From Saprolegnia diclina VS20 (lineage: Eukaryota): DNA of 64,000 nt. A model generated the notes under the pieces. That model ran no database searches. It was not told where the DNA came from and saw nothing but the letters and a program-made list of their open reading frames with translations. Positions within the stretch are counted from its first letter, which is position 1. The number at the start of each line of letters is the position of its first letter. The position numbers and the translations under genes are program-made. This document shows positions 1-13,600 of the stretch, one piece after another. The stretch is from contig NW_008246087.1 in assembly GCF_000281045.1 (NCBI RefSeq), positions 256,987 to 320,986 on the forward strand, written 5' to 3'.

Positions 1-3000
1 TGGCCGAGGCGCTCGACCGACGTCATGATGTTCTCGATCATCGTCATAAAGGTCGCGACGCGGGAGAGGATCGTCCAGATCTGCGTCGCGTACGTGAGCG
101 AGAGACCGGCAGCAACGAGTCCGATCGAGTCCTTCCCAAAGACGGCAATGAAGGCGACGCCTGCGATGATGGCCGAACTGAGCCAGTCGAGGCGCATCTG
201 GAACCAGCGGCCCGCGCACATGTACGCAAACGAGAAGCTCACATAGTTGTCGACAGCGTCGCGCTGCTTGCGGAGGAAAGCGTCGGCCATGCTGAAGGCG
301 CGGATGGTCGAGAGGCCCGAGACCGTCTCTTGGACAAGCGTCACGACGGGCGACCGCGCGATACCGTCCATACGCTTGAGCTCGCCCGCGCTCTTGTTGT
401 AGTACTGCTGGATCTTGTAGAAGAGAAACGAGAGCGGCGCGTAGACGACGAGGATCCACGGCGTTGTGACCATGCACACGGCGAGGACGGCAATCGCCTG
501 GAAGAGGAACTGGAGGAAGAGGAGGCCCATGTACGGCAGCATCGAGTCGACTTGGTCCAAGTCGCTCGAGAACCGGTTGAGGATCCGACCCATGGGCGTA
601 ATGTCAAAGAAGGTCGGGACGGGCGCGTTGACAACCTTCTTGAAGAGCATTGCGTGGAGAGACTTGGAGCAGAGGATCGCAATGAAGAGCACGTAGAGCG
701 ACCGGCCGTACGTGAGGAGGCACGAGAGAAGCGCGATGCCAACGTACACCCAGCCGTAGCGAACACTGGTGTTCATCCACGACGTGTTGGCCCAGTAGCT
801 CATAAACCAATCCGTGAGCGCAAGCGACGTCTGCGCGAGCGTGAAGAAGGCGAGGATCGAAAAGCCGACCACGTAGCCGTTGAACCCGCTCGCACCAAAG
901 TACATCTTGTACGTGCCCATGGTCACCGCGCCCTTGCCACGGTCTTCTTTCGACATGAGCCCGCCGTTGCCGTTGGGTCCGACCTTCTCGAGCGCCGCGG
1001 GCTTGCCGCCTGCCGTCTCCTTGCCCGCCTTCTTTTCGTCCTTGGCTGCGTCTTGCACATCATCGTTGTCGCCTTCGTCGTCGGACGGCTCGGCCGACTT
1101 GTGCTCGGTGAAGTTCATCAGGTGCGGGAACGTCGACTTGAGCGACTCGTACGTGCCGTCGCCGACGATCGACCCGTTGTCCATGAGCAGCACACGNNNN
1201 NNNNNNNNNNNNNNNNNNNNNNNNNNNNNNNNNNNNNNNNNNNNNNNNNNNNNNNNNNNNNNNNNNNNNNNNNNNNNNNNNNNNNNNNNNNNNNNNNNNN
1301 NNNNNNNNNNNNNNNNNNNNNNNNNNNNNNNNNNNNNNNNNNNNNNNNNNNNNNNNNNNNNNNNNNNNNNNNNNNNNNNNNNNNNNNNNNNNNNNNNNNN
1401 NNNNNNNNNNNNNNNNNNNNNNNNNNNNNNNNNNNNNNNNNNNNNNNNNNNNNNNNNNNNNNNNNNNNNNNNNNNNNNNNNTCGTCGTCCAACTCGGTCG
1501 CAAAGAGAATGTTCTTCTTGAGCGTCGCGTGCTGGATCCAGGCTTCTTGGTTGACGTACGAGATGTTGCCGATAACATGGCGGACACCACCGACTTGGTG
1601 GATCTCGCCGAGGATCGCACTCACGAGACTCGACTTGCCACTGCCGACGGGGCCGACCACGATCGTGAGACTGCAGGGTTCGAGCTGCAGGTTGATGTTC
1701 TTGAGCGTCAGAGTTGACGGCGTCACCGCGTCGGCCTGAGCGTTGGCGTCGACAACAACGTCGGTCGTCGTCGATGCGTCCGGTGCCGCCCAGCTAAAGT
1801 CCCCGTGGGCTATGTTGACCATGGCGTCGCCGGCTTCAATCGCGAGCACTTCGACTTCGTCCGAGATGAGGAACTTGCTGACGCGCTGGCAGGACGCAAT
1901 CGCTTCGGCCACCGACATGACAGCAGTCGAGAAGATCGTGCACGGCATGCGCGCCGTGTTCATGTAGGCGAGCGCCGTGAACGAGATGGGGAGCGTGAGC
2001 TCATTGCCAAGAGCGACGTAGTACATGAGGCAGAGCGCAAGCGAGAAGACGGGGCCAATGTACATGAGCACGGTGTTGAACGTCCGGCGCGTTTGGTACG
2101 ACTTCAGGAACGCGAGTTCGCGGAGACGGATCTCGGCCAGTTGCGCCTCCAAGCTCGCCTCCCACGCGTAGAGCTTGACGACGCGGATGCCCTGGAGCAC
2201 TTCGTTGGTGAGCTTGACGCGCTCGGCTTGGACCTTGAGGAGGTCGCGGCGGACCTCGCCGACCTTCATGCCCGAGATGTACCCGACGTAGAGGAAGATG
2301 TAGATGGAGGCGGCGCCGATGAGGCCGACCTGCCACCCGAGCTCGTTCCCGACCATGACGAAGACTGCGCCGAGCATGATCGGGCTCACAAATGCCCAGT
2401 AGCCGAGCATAAAGCCCATCGAGAGACGCTCGGCGTCGACGGACGCCATCGTGACGATCTCGCCGGTCGTCATTTCTTGCTTGGCAAAGCCCGAGAGCCG
2501 CAGCGTCTTGTAGCAAACCATGTCGATCATGATCGACTTGGCGTTGATACCGAGGTGCGACGTTGCGTACTGGGCGTAGTCGATGATCGTGACCGAGACG
2601 AACGAGAGAACCGTGAGCCAAATGGCGAGCGCGTACCCAGATGAAATGTGCAGCGACGTGTGGATCTCGGCGGCCACCGTGACCGTGCGGTTGCCTTCGG
2701 TGACGGTCTTGGTGTCAGGCGCCTTGAGGAACTCGAGCATCGACTTGATGAGAAGCGGCTGCAAAAGCTGGAGGCCGGCGTAGAGAAAGAAGAGGAAAAA
2801 GCTAAACGAGACGCGGGACCGGAACGCGTACCACAGCGCGCGGTGAAACTTGGGCGTCGGGCGGTGCTTTTCCTTGTCCCACTCGGTAATGAAGCGCGCA
2901 TGGAGCTCTTGCGTCGTGTCGGCAAAGGGCAGCGGCCACACGTCGTCTTCGGTGAGCGTCTTCTTGGCGCCGCGCGTGATGAGCGGCGTGATCCAGCCCA

Positions 3001-3106
3001 TGGTGCCGTTGACAAACCAGTTAGCGCGCTCGAGCGGGTGGGCCTTCTCGCCCCAGACGCTGGCCTCGACGGCCGTCGGCGACTTGACGGCAGCGTACGA
3101 TGTCAT
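1..3106 (-). CDS. ABCC (MRP-like) ABC transporter, 3'-truncated by window edge and interrupted by an N gap
   Basis: ATG at 3106 (MTSYAAVKSP) aligns with the paralogue start MAEYVAVQSP. TMD1 carries ERVKLTNEVLQGIRVVKLYAWE and NBD1 Walker A is GPVGSGKS. After the gap TMD2 reads FFDITPMGRILNRFSSDLDQVD and RWFQMRLDWLS. No introns seen in the visible part. Confidence 0.93.
1197..1481. other. Assembly gap (285 N)
   Basis: Run of N inside NBD1 of the minus-strand ABCC gene. Confidence 1.
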
Positions 3107-5168
3107 TGGTGCGAGGCAAGTTGGAGACTGATGAGCCACTCACGCCGAGGATTGCGGACCTCGGAACAGTGCCAGCTGGTGATCTGATCGAGCGCCACGG
3201 CATCAACCGCCCCCAGCTGGCGAGCGCCTGTCCAAGCGCCGATCACACCAGCTGTGTTATTTTCACCTTGATCACATTTTTCACCTATTCCTTCCATTTC
3301 TCGTTCTCTGCAAGTCTGCACACAGGGCGCAGAATAGGGTTCGCGCCATGGCGGCGCAGTGTACTAGTATTGGAAAAGTGGGGCTTATGCTGTGCAGCTT
3401 TCATGAACACGCATTCCATCGGCAACGAACGCTAGTGCTTCGAGACAAGTGTTGCAGTCGATGCGTGCGCAAAGTCGACAGGTGGTTGCTCCTGCGTGTT
3501 TTTATCGTGTAGTTCTACCTAGGCCCTGCAAGTCCTTGGCCTCGGCTTTACGTATGTTTCGCTCAATTGCACAGGGGTGCTAGATCAAGGTACTCGTTAT
3601 TGCTCAATGAGCTATTGTGGATGGCTGGCAAAGCTTCTTGAACCTCCGTTCACTGTGTAAGGTGGGGTGTACATCTACTAAGTACGGATCACTTTGAGCA
3701 GCGTACAGTAATGGGAGACGCATTGTTGTTCCCGACACTTGGGCTTCAGAGTTCTGTTGCGACGTACTGCGTGGGCTCATCTTTGATTGGTAGCTTGTGA
3801 GATAACCAGCGAGTGTTTTGGCGACGTTATCAGCATATATTGCACAATACAATCTGTTGAAAGGACCCTCTCGAGACTGGTCGCGCCTCGTGCACAAGAC
3901 GAAAGAAATGCGCTCGCAGTCGCAGAGCGTGGTGCCACGTAGGAAGCCTTTTCACACGTGTGTGGTTTTTACCGTCGAGTTTCCGACACGACCACATGGC
4001 GGCTTTGACAAAGCACCTTCGTATTGCACGTGGGATTTACGTCCCAGTTGTTGACTTTGGCTGAGTGTAATGTGATTCCATTTAAATAAAATCTGGCGAA
4101 TGAACTTGGGTTTGTAGTCTTAATTAAAAAAAAAGCCAAGTTTGGGGCCTGTGGGACATGCACGTGTCGGAGGCAATCTAGGTGCTCCAACGAAGCCTTC
4201 GAGTTTCGAGCGAAGTTGCCGACCGGTAATCGCACAAAAATGGCGTGGACTACGACAACGCAGTCGCAGATTAGCGATCTCTGATGCCTGCCGTCATCGC
4301 TTCCTCCCAGACAGGCTGTGCCACTGATACTCAGAGATGAGGACGGCGTGTGTCCACTGGCACACGCGTCATCAGCAACGCTCGCTCTAGAGGCCGTAGC
4401 TGCTACGCCAACTACGTACCGGTATATGTATTTGCAAACTCGGCTAGAGTGGACCGTGCCTCCCGATTTCTATTGAGCTTTGTCGGTTTGATTCATGTAC
4501 ACAGCTGAGCTATTCATGTGAGGCTCTTGCAGCCATCGCGAAGACTCATCGCATCACACCAGGTGTGTGCAAGCGCAGTGCAGCAGCAAGATGCAGTGCG
4601 ATGCAAATCGTTCAAAATGTATTTGCGACGACAGGCCGATGCCACGCCATGAAAATGGCAGAGCGTCGCTGACGTCGCCTGTTGTCGCTCCTGCCACAAT
4701 CGTTTCCCTGTCATTCCAAGGTTGGATGCAACCACCGACACCATTGCCGCTCACCCAAGCCTTCTACTCTCATGTGTATCTAGGTGCATAGTGCACTAGA
4801 CAATGTTGTACAATGAAGACTACAAAGATCTGTGCAATACTACATGCTAGTGTACAGTAGTGCGCGCAAGATCAACCGAATTTCAAGATGCCAATCTCAT
4901 CACCGATGGATTGACCAACGCTCGGAGGCCGAATGATGGTCCGTTAGCACCACGCCAACAGGAAGATCTAAAAGCCTTGCATTGTCAACCCCACGTTAAC
5001 ACATGAAGCAGTTAGCTCGAGTAGCTTTTTGGACTTGGTTCTATGTTCGTAGTATTACGTCGATTCGCCAGCAGCGTATCACTCCAACCTTGGGTCCGAC
5101 ACCTGTCGTTGTCGTTGTTGTCAGAACAAACACTTGATCTGAGTATACTTTCGAAACGCATTTCACAA

Positions 5169-8100
5169 ATGGCAGAGTACGTCGCAGTGCAATCGCCCAA
5201 GGCGAGCGCGCCACCCAAGGTCCGCGACGCCAACCCGCGCGAAACCGCGAGCTGGGTCTCGGTGCTCACGATCGCATGGATGGACGGCCTTATCAAGCGG
5301 GGTGCGACGGCGCCACTCACCGAGGCCGACACGTGGCCGCTACCCGCCCATGACACGGCGCACGCACTCTACGACCGCTTTGAGAAGCACTGGGCGCTCG
5401 AGAAGATGAAGCCCGTGCCGCGGATCCATCTTACAATGTGGCACACGTTCCGCGCCCAGATCCTCGGGGGCCTGTTCCTCTACTTGGCGTACGCGGGTAT
5501 CATGCTCCTGCAGCCCATCTTGATCCAGTCCATCTTGCAGTACCTCGCTGAAGACCCGGTCGTCCACACGTCCATGCACATCAACAACGGCTACGTGCTC
5601 GCGACGCTCCTCACGCTCCTCTCGTTTCTCTCGGTGACGCTCATCGACTATGCGCAGTACGCCAACACGCACACGGGCTGCAACGCCAAGTCCATTGCGA
5701 TCGACATGGTCTTCCGCAAGACGCTTCAGCTCTCGGGATTCGCCAAACAAGAAATGACCACCGGCGAGGTCGTCACGCTTGCGTCCGTCGACGCCGAGCG
5801 TATCTTTATGGGCTTTAGCTTTGGCTACTGGGCTGTCATCGGACCCGTCATGCTCGTCGCCGTCTACATTATGATTGGCCACCAACTCGGCGCGGTCGTC
5901 GGTGTCTGCGGCGGCGCCGTGATGCTTCTCTTCCTCTACATTGGCTTTGTCTCGGGACGCAAGGTCGGCGAGGTCCGCCGCGATATCCTCAAGGTCCAAG
6001 CCGAGCGCGTCAAACTCACCAACGAAGTGCTCCAGGGCATCCGCGTCGTCAAGCTCTACGCGTGGGAGGCCAGCTTGGAGGCGCAGCTGGCGGCGATCCG
6101 CGACCGAGAGCTCGTGCTGCTCAAGGCGTACCAGACACGGCGGGTGTTCAACACGGTCGTGTTGTACATTGCGCCCGTCATCTCGCTCGCAATCTGCCTC
6201 ATGGTCTACGTCGCTCTTGGCAATGAGCTCACGTCGCCCGTCGCATTCACGGCGCTTGCCTACATGAACATTGCGCGGTTCCCGTGCACGGTCTTTTCCA
6301 CCGCCGTCATGATGACGTCCGAGATGGTCGCGTCGTGCCAGCGCATCAGCAAGTACTTGTCGTCCGACGAGATCGCGACCTCGAGTACGCGCTTCTCTCC
6401 TTTTGTGTGCTGTAGCTCAATGTGCGCTAGGTCTCGCGATTCAACAAGGCCCGTCGACAGTCGAGATGACAGACGCTGCGTTCAGCTGGGCCGCGCCAGC
6501 GACGGTCTCGGAGGCGCCGCCGCTTACGCTGCAGAACCTGACGTTTTCGCTGACGCCCGGGAGCCTCACGATCGTGGTCGGCCCCGTCGGCAGTGGCAAG
6601 TCGAGTCTCGTCAGCGCGATCCTCGGCGAGATCCACCAAGTCGGTGGTGTCCGCCACGTTATCGGCAACATCTCGTACGTCAACCAAGAAGCCTGGATCC
6701 AGCACGCGACGCTCAAGAAGAACATTCTCTTCCACTCCGACTGCGACGACGACTACTACAACGCGGTGCTTTCTGCATGCCAACTCGAGCCGGACCTTGC
6801 GATGCTACCGGACGGTGACGCGACCGAGATTGGCGAGCGCGGTATCAACTTGAGCGGCGGCCAAAAGGCGCGCGTGAGCCTTGCCCGCGGCGTCTACCAC
6901 CGCAAGGCCGACATCTACCTCCTCGACGACCCGCTCAGCGCCCTCGACGTGCACGTGGCAACTGCGGTCTTTCACGAGTGCATTCGCGGCCTCCTTGGGG
7001 GCAAGACGACGGTTCTGGTGCTCAACAGCCACTACCATTTTCTGCCACTCGCCGACCGTGTGCTGCTCATGGACAACGGGTCGATCGTCGGCGACGGCAC
7101 GTACGAGTCGCTCAAGTCGACGTTCCCGCATCTGATGAACTTCACCGAATCGGGCTCGTCCACGGAAGACGCAGATGCCGATAAGGTTGATAGCACGGAC
7201 GACGCCAAGAAGACGGCCAAGCCGATTAGCCCGAAAAAAGGCGGCGGGCTCATGGACAAGGAAGATCGCGCCAAGGGTGCCGTCTCGGCCAAGACGTACA
7301 AGACATATTTTGGCTCGAGTGGCTACAACGGGTACTGTCTCTTCATGGACTAGCCCTCGGGAAGGCTAACTGTATATCCTGCAGGGCGGTCGTTGCAGCG
7401 TCCATCATCACGTTCTTTACGGTCTCGCAGACGGCGCTGGCCATGACCGACTGGTTCATGAGCTACTGGTCCAACCACACCACCATGATGGCCAAGCTCT
7501 CGTCCGGGTACATCTACCTCGGGTGCGCGGTTGTCTCGGTCTTCCTCGTCTACGGTCGATCTCTGTACGTGCTCATGGTCGCAATCAAGTGCTCGCAGTC
7601 GCTCCATGCGATGCTCCTGCACAAGGTCATTGGCGCGCCCGTCCCGACCTTCTTTGACGTGACGCCCATGGGTCGTATCCTCAACCGGTTCTCGAGCGAC
7701 TTGGACCAAACCGACTCGCAGCTGCCGTACTTTGGTCTGCTGCTCCTGCAGTTTCTCTTCCAGATCGTGGCGGTCCTCATCGTGTGCGTCATCTCGACGC
7801 CGTGGATTCTCGTCGTCTACGCGCCGCTCGCCTTCCTCTTTTACAAGGTGCAGCAGTACTACAACAAGACGTCGGGCGAGCTCAAGCGGCTCGAGAGCAT
7901 CAGCCGCACACCGGTCGTGACCTTGGTCTCAGAGACGCTCAGCGGTCTCTCCACCATCCGCGCGTTCAACATGACGCAAACCTTCCTCACCAACCAACGC
8001 GCAGCCTTGGACCACTACGTGAGCTTTTCTTTTCTCTACAACTGCTCGGCCCGCTGGTTCCAGATGCGTCTCGACTGGCTCAGCGCGGCAATCATCGCCG

Positions 8101-9053
8101 GCGTCGCCTTCATCTGCATTTTGACCAAAACCTCGATCGGTATTGCTGCCGCCGGCCTCACGCTGACGTACGCGTCGCAGCTCTCGGGCTTTCTCTCGCG
8201 GATGGCCATGATGCTCAACACAGTCGAGAACCTCATGACGTCGGTCGAGCGCCTCAGCGCTTACGAGGCCTTGCCTAGTGAAGATGACGCGACCGTGGAT
8301 CGCGTCACGGTCGACGCGTCGTGGCCGGCGCAGGGTGTCATCACCTTTAACGACTACTCGATGCGGTACCGCGAACACCTCGACCTCGTCCTCAACCAAG
8401 TGTCGTTCTCGGTGCCGTCGGGCGCCAAGGTCGGCATCTGCGGCCGCACCGGCTCCGGTAAGAGCTCGCTCATGGCCGCGCTCTTCCGCATGGTGCCGAG
8501 CGCCACCGGATCGATTGCCATCGATGACGTCAACATCGCCAACGTGTCGGTGACGACGCTCCGGTCGCGGCTCACGATCATCCCGCAAGACCCAGTGCTC
8601 TTCTCTGGCTCGTTGCGCTTCAACTTGGATCCGTCAGGGTCGGCATCCGACGACGAGCTCTGGACGGTCCTCAAGCAAGTGCACTTGGGTGACGGCATTG
8701 CGTCGCTGGACGACAAGGTGGCAGAGCGCGGCAGCAACTTTTCCGTGGGCCAGCGCCAGCTGCTCTGCATTGCGCGCGCTTTGCTCCGGAAGAGCAAGGT
8801 GGTCGTCCTCGACGAAGCGACGGCCAACATCGACCTCGAGTCGGACAAGCGCATCCAGGCGACCATCAAGGAGTGCTTTGTCGGTATCACGATGCTCATC
8901 ATCGCCCATCGACTCGATACGATCATCGACTCGGACATGATTCTGGTGCTCGATGCGGGTCGTGTGGTCGAGTACGACACGCCGACGGCGCTGCTGGCGA
9001 TTCCAGACGGGTCGTTCGCCAAGCTCGCCGAGCAGGCGCACCTCCAAATGTAA
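5169..9053 (+). CDS. ABCC (MRP-like) ABC transporter, full length, 3 exons (introns 6385-6430, 7332-7384)
   Basis: TMD-NBD-TMD-NBD layout. NBD1: GPVGSGKS, LSGGQ, IYLLDD. NBD2: GRTGSGKS, FSVGQ, VVVLDE. GT-AG introns join the three ORF-track segments in frame, and intron 2 has a GCTAAC branch site. Confidence 0.95.
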
Positions 9054-9709
9054 AACCTTGTTTTGGGTTAATATCTATGTATTATCAACCTCATTCTTAT
9101 ACTTCTGTGTGAAAAACGAAATGCCTAGTCCCCAAGTCGAGGCATTCGTTTACCAATGTATTGCGCGCGTCGGGCGCTGGTCGTTGATCACCGGGCGGCT
9201 TGAAACGTCTACTCCCCTGTGCACAACATGTGTCTTTAACCGAAACCATGCCGTCTCATTATTGTCTGTGATCGAAGAATCAAATTGTACACAATGTCAC
9301 TTGTATCAGTAGTCATGTTGAAGAATCGCAGCGGTAAGAGACTTGCACCTTCTGTCCACACAAATGCCTGAACGACCCCTCGTCCAAGAACGTCGTGGCG
9401 ACGGCGCCATAACCAAACCCAAGGTTCGGCTTCGACAAAACCATCTGGGGTGTCACACGCCCCCGCGTCACGTCACACGATCCAGTGCTAGCGCGCCATG
9501 GAATTGATGTAAATACGTCGTCCCGAGGAGGTGTCGAATGCTCCGGATCGATGGACCAAGCCGTTCGCGGGTCGTCGGTCGAACCCAGGGGTAGGGTTGC
9601 ATACAAACCGTCAGTCGACAAAAACAGATGGCGTTCCGATTCGACGCGTCCGCCTCGTGGAAGCTTCGATAGCGCGCTATTCATTTACGCTTTTCCCACG
9701 CAGCGGAAC

Positions 9710-10570
9710 ATGCTCCACCGCCTTGCGCTGCTCACGGCCCTCGCGTCGGCGGCCGAATTTTCGTTCAGCAACAAGTGCAGCTACCCCATCAACCTCCACG
9801 GCGGCGGCTCGGTGCACCTCTGCGACATTGCGCCCGGCGCAACGACCAACTGCGGCGTGCGCCTCGAGGCCGGTCAACACGGGCTCTTCAAGCACACGGC
9901 GACAGACGAAGCCAACTGTACGTACTAAAATATCTGCCGGTGTGTATGGTGACGTGGCACGCTAGTGGTCGAGTTTTCGCTCGTGAACACGCCGGGCTTC
10001 AACTTTGTGTGGTATGACATTAGCAACATCCCGCCGGGCGTACGTTCTTATATCGTACTGCACCGGGGGCTCACCGCAATGTAGCCGGGCTTTTGCAAGA
10101 GCTACGACGACTGCAAGGCCAAGACGGGCGGCAAGTCGGGCTACAACGTTCCCGTGACCGTCACGCCCACCAAGCACAAGGGCAGCGGCACGTGCAACGA
10201 GCTCGTCGACCTCTCTCCAACGGCGCCCGACACGTACCTCTTTCCCGAAGACAACACCAAGACGCACGCGTGCCCGATGGACGAAGCCTTCCTTGTGACT
10301 TTTTGTCCCAACGGCGGCGGTGGTGACGGCGCGTCATGCGGGCGCGTCGAAGCCAACATCGACTACTTTGGCAACGACATTGGCCACTCGCTCGTCTCGG
10401 GCGACCACGCGGCGCAGGCGGCTGCGTGCTGCGCGTCGTGCAGCGCCATGCAAGGGTGCGTCGGGTACACGGTCAACCAAGGCAACTGCTGGCTCAAGTC
10501 GTCCATGAACAACCCGTCGTCCAGCTCGACGGCCTTTTCGTCCCGCCGGAAGAGCCACCTGCGCCGATAA
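9710..10570 (+). CDS. Secreted thaumatin-like protein with C-terminal PAN/Apple domain (introns 9918-9965, 10040-10084)
   Basis: Signal peptide MLHRLALLTALASA. Thaumatin-like motifs FSNKCSYPI, LVEFSL, WYDIS, GYNVPVTVTP, YLFPEDNTKTHAC and VTFCP. PAN/Apple pattern C..E.NIDYFGNDI...CCASC....GC.GYT...GNCWLKS. Confidence 0.8.
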
Positions 10571-10653
10571 ATGAAGCAACCCATTGACGATACGCAAGAG
10601 AAAATATGGATTATTGATGGAGTCACGGTGGGAAGTGGGGTTGAGCGCTGTGC

Positions 10654-13600
10654 TCAGTTGCCGTCCGTTGGCGTTGGCGTCTCGGTGACGGCAGAGCTAC
10701 TGCCTGCTCCTGCCGGTGGATTTGCGGCTACAGGCTCCGTCGGTGCAGGCGCTGGCGTCGGCGTTGGCGTCTCGGTGACGGCAGAGCTACTGCCCGCTCC
10801 TGCCGGTGGATTTGCGGCTACAGGCTCCGTCGGTGCAGGCGCTGGCGTCGGCGTTGGCGTCTCGGTGACGGCAGAGCTACTGCCCGCTCCTGCCGGTGGA
10901 TTTGCCGCTACAGGCTCCGTCGTTGTCGGTGGCGGCGCGTCGGCCACTGACGAGCTGCTTCCCGACGTCGATGACGCTTCTTGCGTCGCGCGGGGTAGCT
11001 CTGTGGTCGATGCTGGCGGTGCCGTACCGCTACCACTGGAGCTCGCGGTCACTGGCGGTGCTGTAATGGTGTCGAACGAGCCCGAGCCGCTGCCTGAGGC
11101 CGTGGCATTCGTCGAGCTGTTGACACTTGGTAGAGGAGTACTACTGGTTGCCGTCGGCGCTGGGCTGCGAAAAGGAATGTGGTAGCACTGGTTGTCCATC
11201 CAAGTCGAAAATATGTAGTCCAAGTTGCTGTACAACGCGCTCGTCCACGAGCGCAGCCACGACCACCTACCGTATAACCACGCTCGTATACGCAAGGTTT
11301 ACTGAGGGAGCGTACGACAGGGGCCACGGGTGCCACATGTCGAGAATGTCGTTGGCCAGCTGCAGCAGATGCGGACCCTCGACGCACAGCGACGCGTTGG
11401 GCGCAAAGAGGTTGGACAAGTTGTCCTCTACCAGATGCTGCGTATAGATACACAAAGTCATTGTAGTACGTGTCATGGGGTACGTCGACCAGACCGGAAA
11501 CGTCGCGAGCCAGGACCACAGCGCATTCCATGCGTCGCCGCAGCCATCGAGTGCACAGTTTGTCGCATTGTACAAGGAGAAGGACCGGCCCGACGTCGTC
11601 ACCACCGTCTCGCCGGCCCAGAGCGCACTCACTTGGCTCGAACTCACTTGCAGTGACCACAGAATCTAAATCGGTGTTGCGACACAGCACCAAGCGCACC
11701 GCAAGTTTACCGGTTCAAACCACGCCGTCGAGACAAGAGGCGGGGCCAGTTGCGCGAGCAGCGCCGACGTACACGGGGTCGACGACGCACACGCCGGTGC
11801 GGGTGCACAGAGCGCCGAGAAGAACAAACTGGTGCCTTTGCGCACGAGCTGCGTCGCATTGTCGACCGAGTAGTTGCTCTGCAGCACTGCCTCGAACGGG
11901 TCGCAGCAGCCACCTGATGCGGTCTCAGCACCCGCAAACACGAAAGCAGAGCGATGGAACAGTACCGGCCGCTTCGAAAAGCCTCGCGATCGTCGGCGCG
12001 ACTACTGTCTCAATGCACGCCTTGCCTACACATCATATTCGTTGGGCACAAGTACTATCATGACACTAGACCGTGGGTTGTGTAGAGCGGGCAGACGTCG
12101 GCGGTATAAGCGACCTGGAGAGCGGACGCGTTCGACATGTTGAGCAGCGACGTCCAGGGGTAGGCCACAAAAGCGGCGCAGTGCACGTCATTGAGCACCA
12201 ACTCCACGGACGCGTTCATGACAACGCCAGGAATCGAAGCGAGGCACGTCACCGCGGTGGCCGGTAAGAAGGTCGCCACGAGTCGCTCGATCTGGGCTTC
12301 GGTCTCGATCGCCAGGTGTCCGAGGTAGTCCGAGCCGCTGAGGAAGCTGGACGTGAGGTTGAAATCGGTTGCGCATTGCGTCACGGTCCACAGCGGATCG
12401 TACATCACTACACAAGTATGCCTATAATGACGGCGACAATATTGCTATCGTAGTACAAGAGCTTGAGAGACTCGGTGTCCATGCATAGGCGTCGTAGGGC
12501 ACGACGTTGACGCGCAGGCTGCCGGTCGAGAGCACGGAGCGCACCGCGTTGAGCGGCTCCACAAGCGTCGGAAGCGCCAGTGGCGGCATCGCCGTGTACT
12601 GTATTTGAAGCTCCTGACGCGAGGCAAGCCAAGTCATGTCGACAGTCGGTCGGACATTCAAAGGTACACCCGCATACACCTACGTCGTTGAATGGCAGCA
12701 TCATCGACATTGGTGTATCGTACTGTTGCCTGCACCACCGACGCCAGGACCGAAAAGTTGGTCGAGGCTGAGACATTCGGGAACGCATAGTTGGTCGACC
12801 CCACGGAAACAACGAGGCGCGTCAACGTCGTCGACAGTGCCACCGTGTCACGCACCACGGTTGAAGCCACCGAGAACGTCACAGCACTGAAGACACTCGA
12901 CGTGTCGGGTGCGCCGAGCCAGTTGAGCGGACACGCGTTCACGCCGAGGCACTGCATTCCCGCCACATACTTGGCCCACGCCGCCATTGTCGTGGGTGTC
13001 GCGTCCTACACCAATGACGTATCCGACCAGCGAATCGATTAGAAGAAGTACCGTGGTGTTGTGGCAAAATGCAAACGCCGGGAGCAGGTCGGCCGAGTTG
13101 CCGACACCCGCCGCCTGCAGCGCTGTGAGGAAGGCCGGGGACCACGTGAACCGCTCCAATGGCGTTGGCATAGATGTAGCGGACAAGCACGCGCTGAGCT
13201 GACGACACGTAGGCTCACTGCGGCATTGCAAGAAGGCATTTTGACACCCGAGGCAAGCCGCTATGTCATTGGTTCAGACGTGGAAGCATGAGCAGGTACC
13301 GTGCGCACCGCTCGGGGCATAAGGCTGACGCGCCGAGACATCGCGGAGCGTCAGCGTCACGGTGTAGGCGTTGGTGATCGCGTACGTTGCGTCGAGTACG
13401 TCTGGCCGGTTGTTTTGCATCGATACTTGCGTCGACGCCGTCGACGTGTCGACGCACACGGTCAACGCGTCGTCGCTCATCGAGAGTAGCAGTACATCGT
13501 ACACTTGCTTGAGATGCACGCAAAACGCCATCGCTGATGCAGAGGCGTCTGCATTCAGAAATGCCCACTGCGTCGTTCGGTTGGCCAAGATAATTGGTGC

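Noticed and set aside
1118..1481. Apparent frameshift/pseudogene in the minus-strand ABCC
   Set aside because: The frame change occurs across an estimated-length N gap, and both sides are intact coding sequence.
330..2644. Long plus-strand ORFs antisense to ABCC (and similar shadow ORFs at 18784, 38760, 55920, 61096)
   Set aside because: These are antisense or alternative-frame shadows of GC3-rich real genes and show no domain motifs.
3140..5168. ncRNA or transposon in the ABCC spacer
   Set aside because: No tRNA/snRNA signatures, terminal repeats or transposase motifs seen. It is probably a divergent promoter region.
10670..10922. CRISPR-like array
   Set aside because: Contiguous in-frame coding repeats without unique spacers, in a eukaryotic gene.
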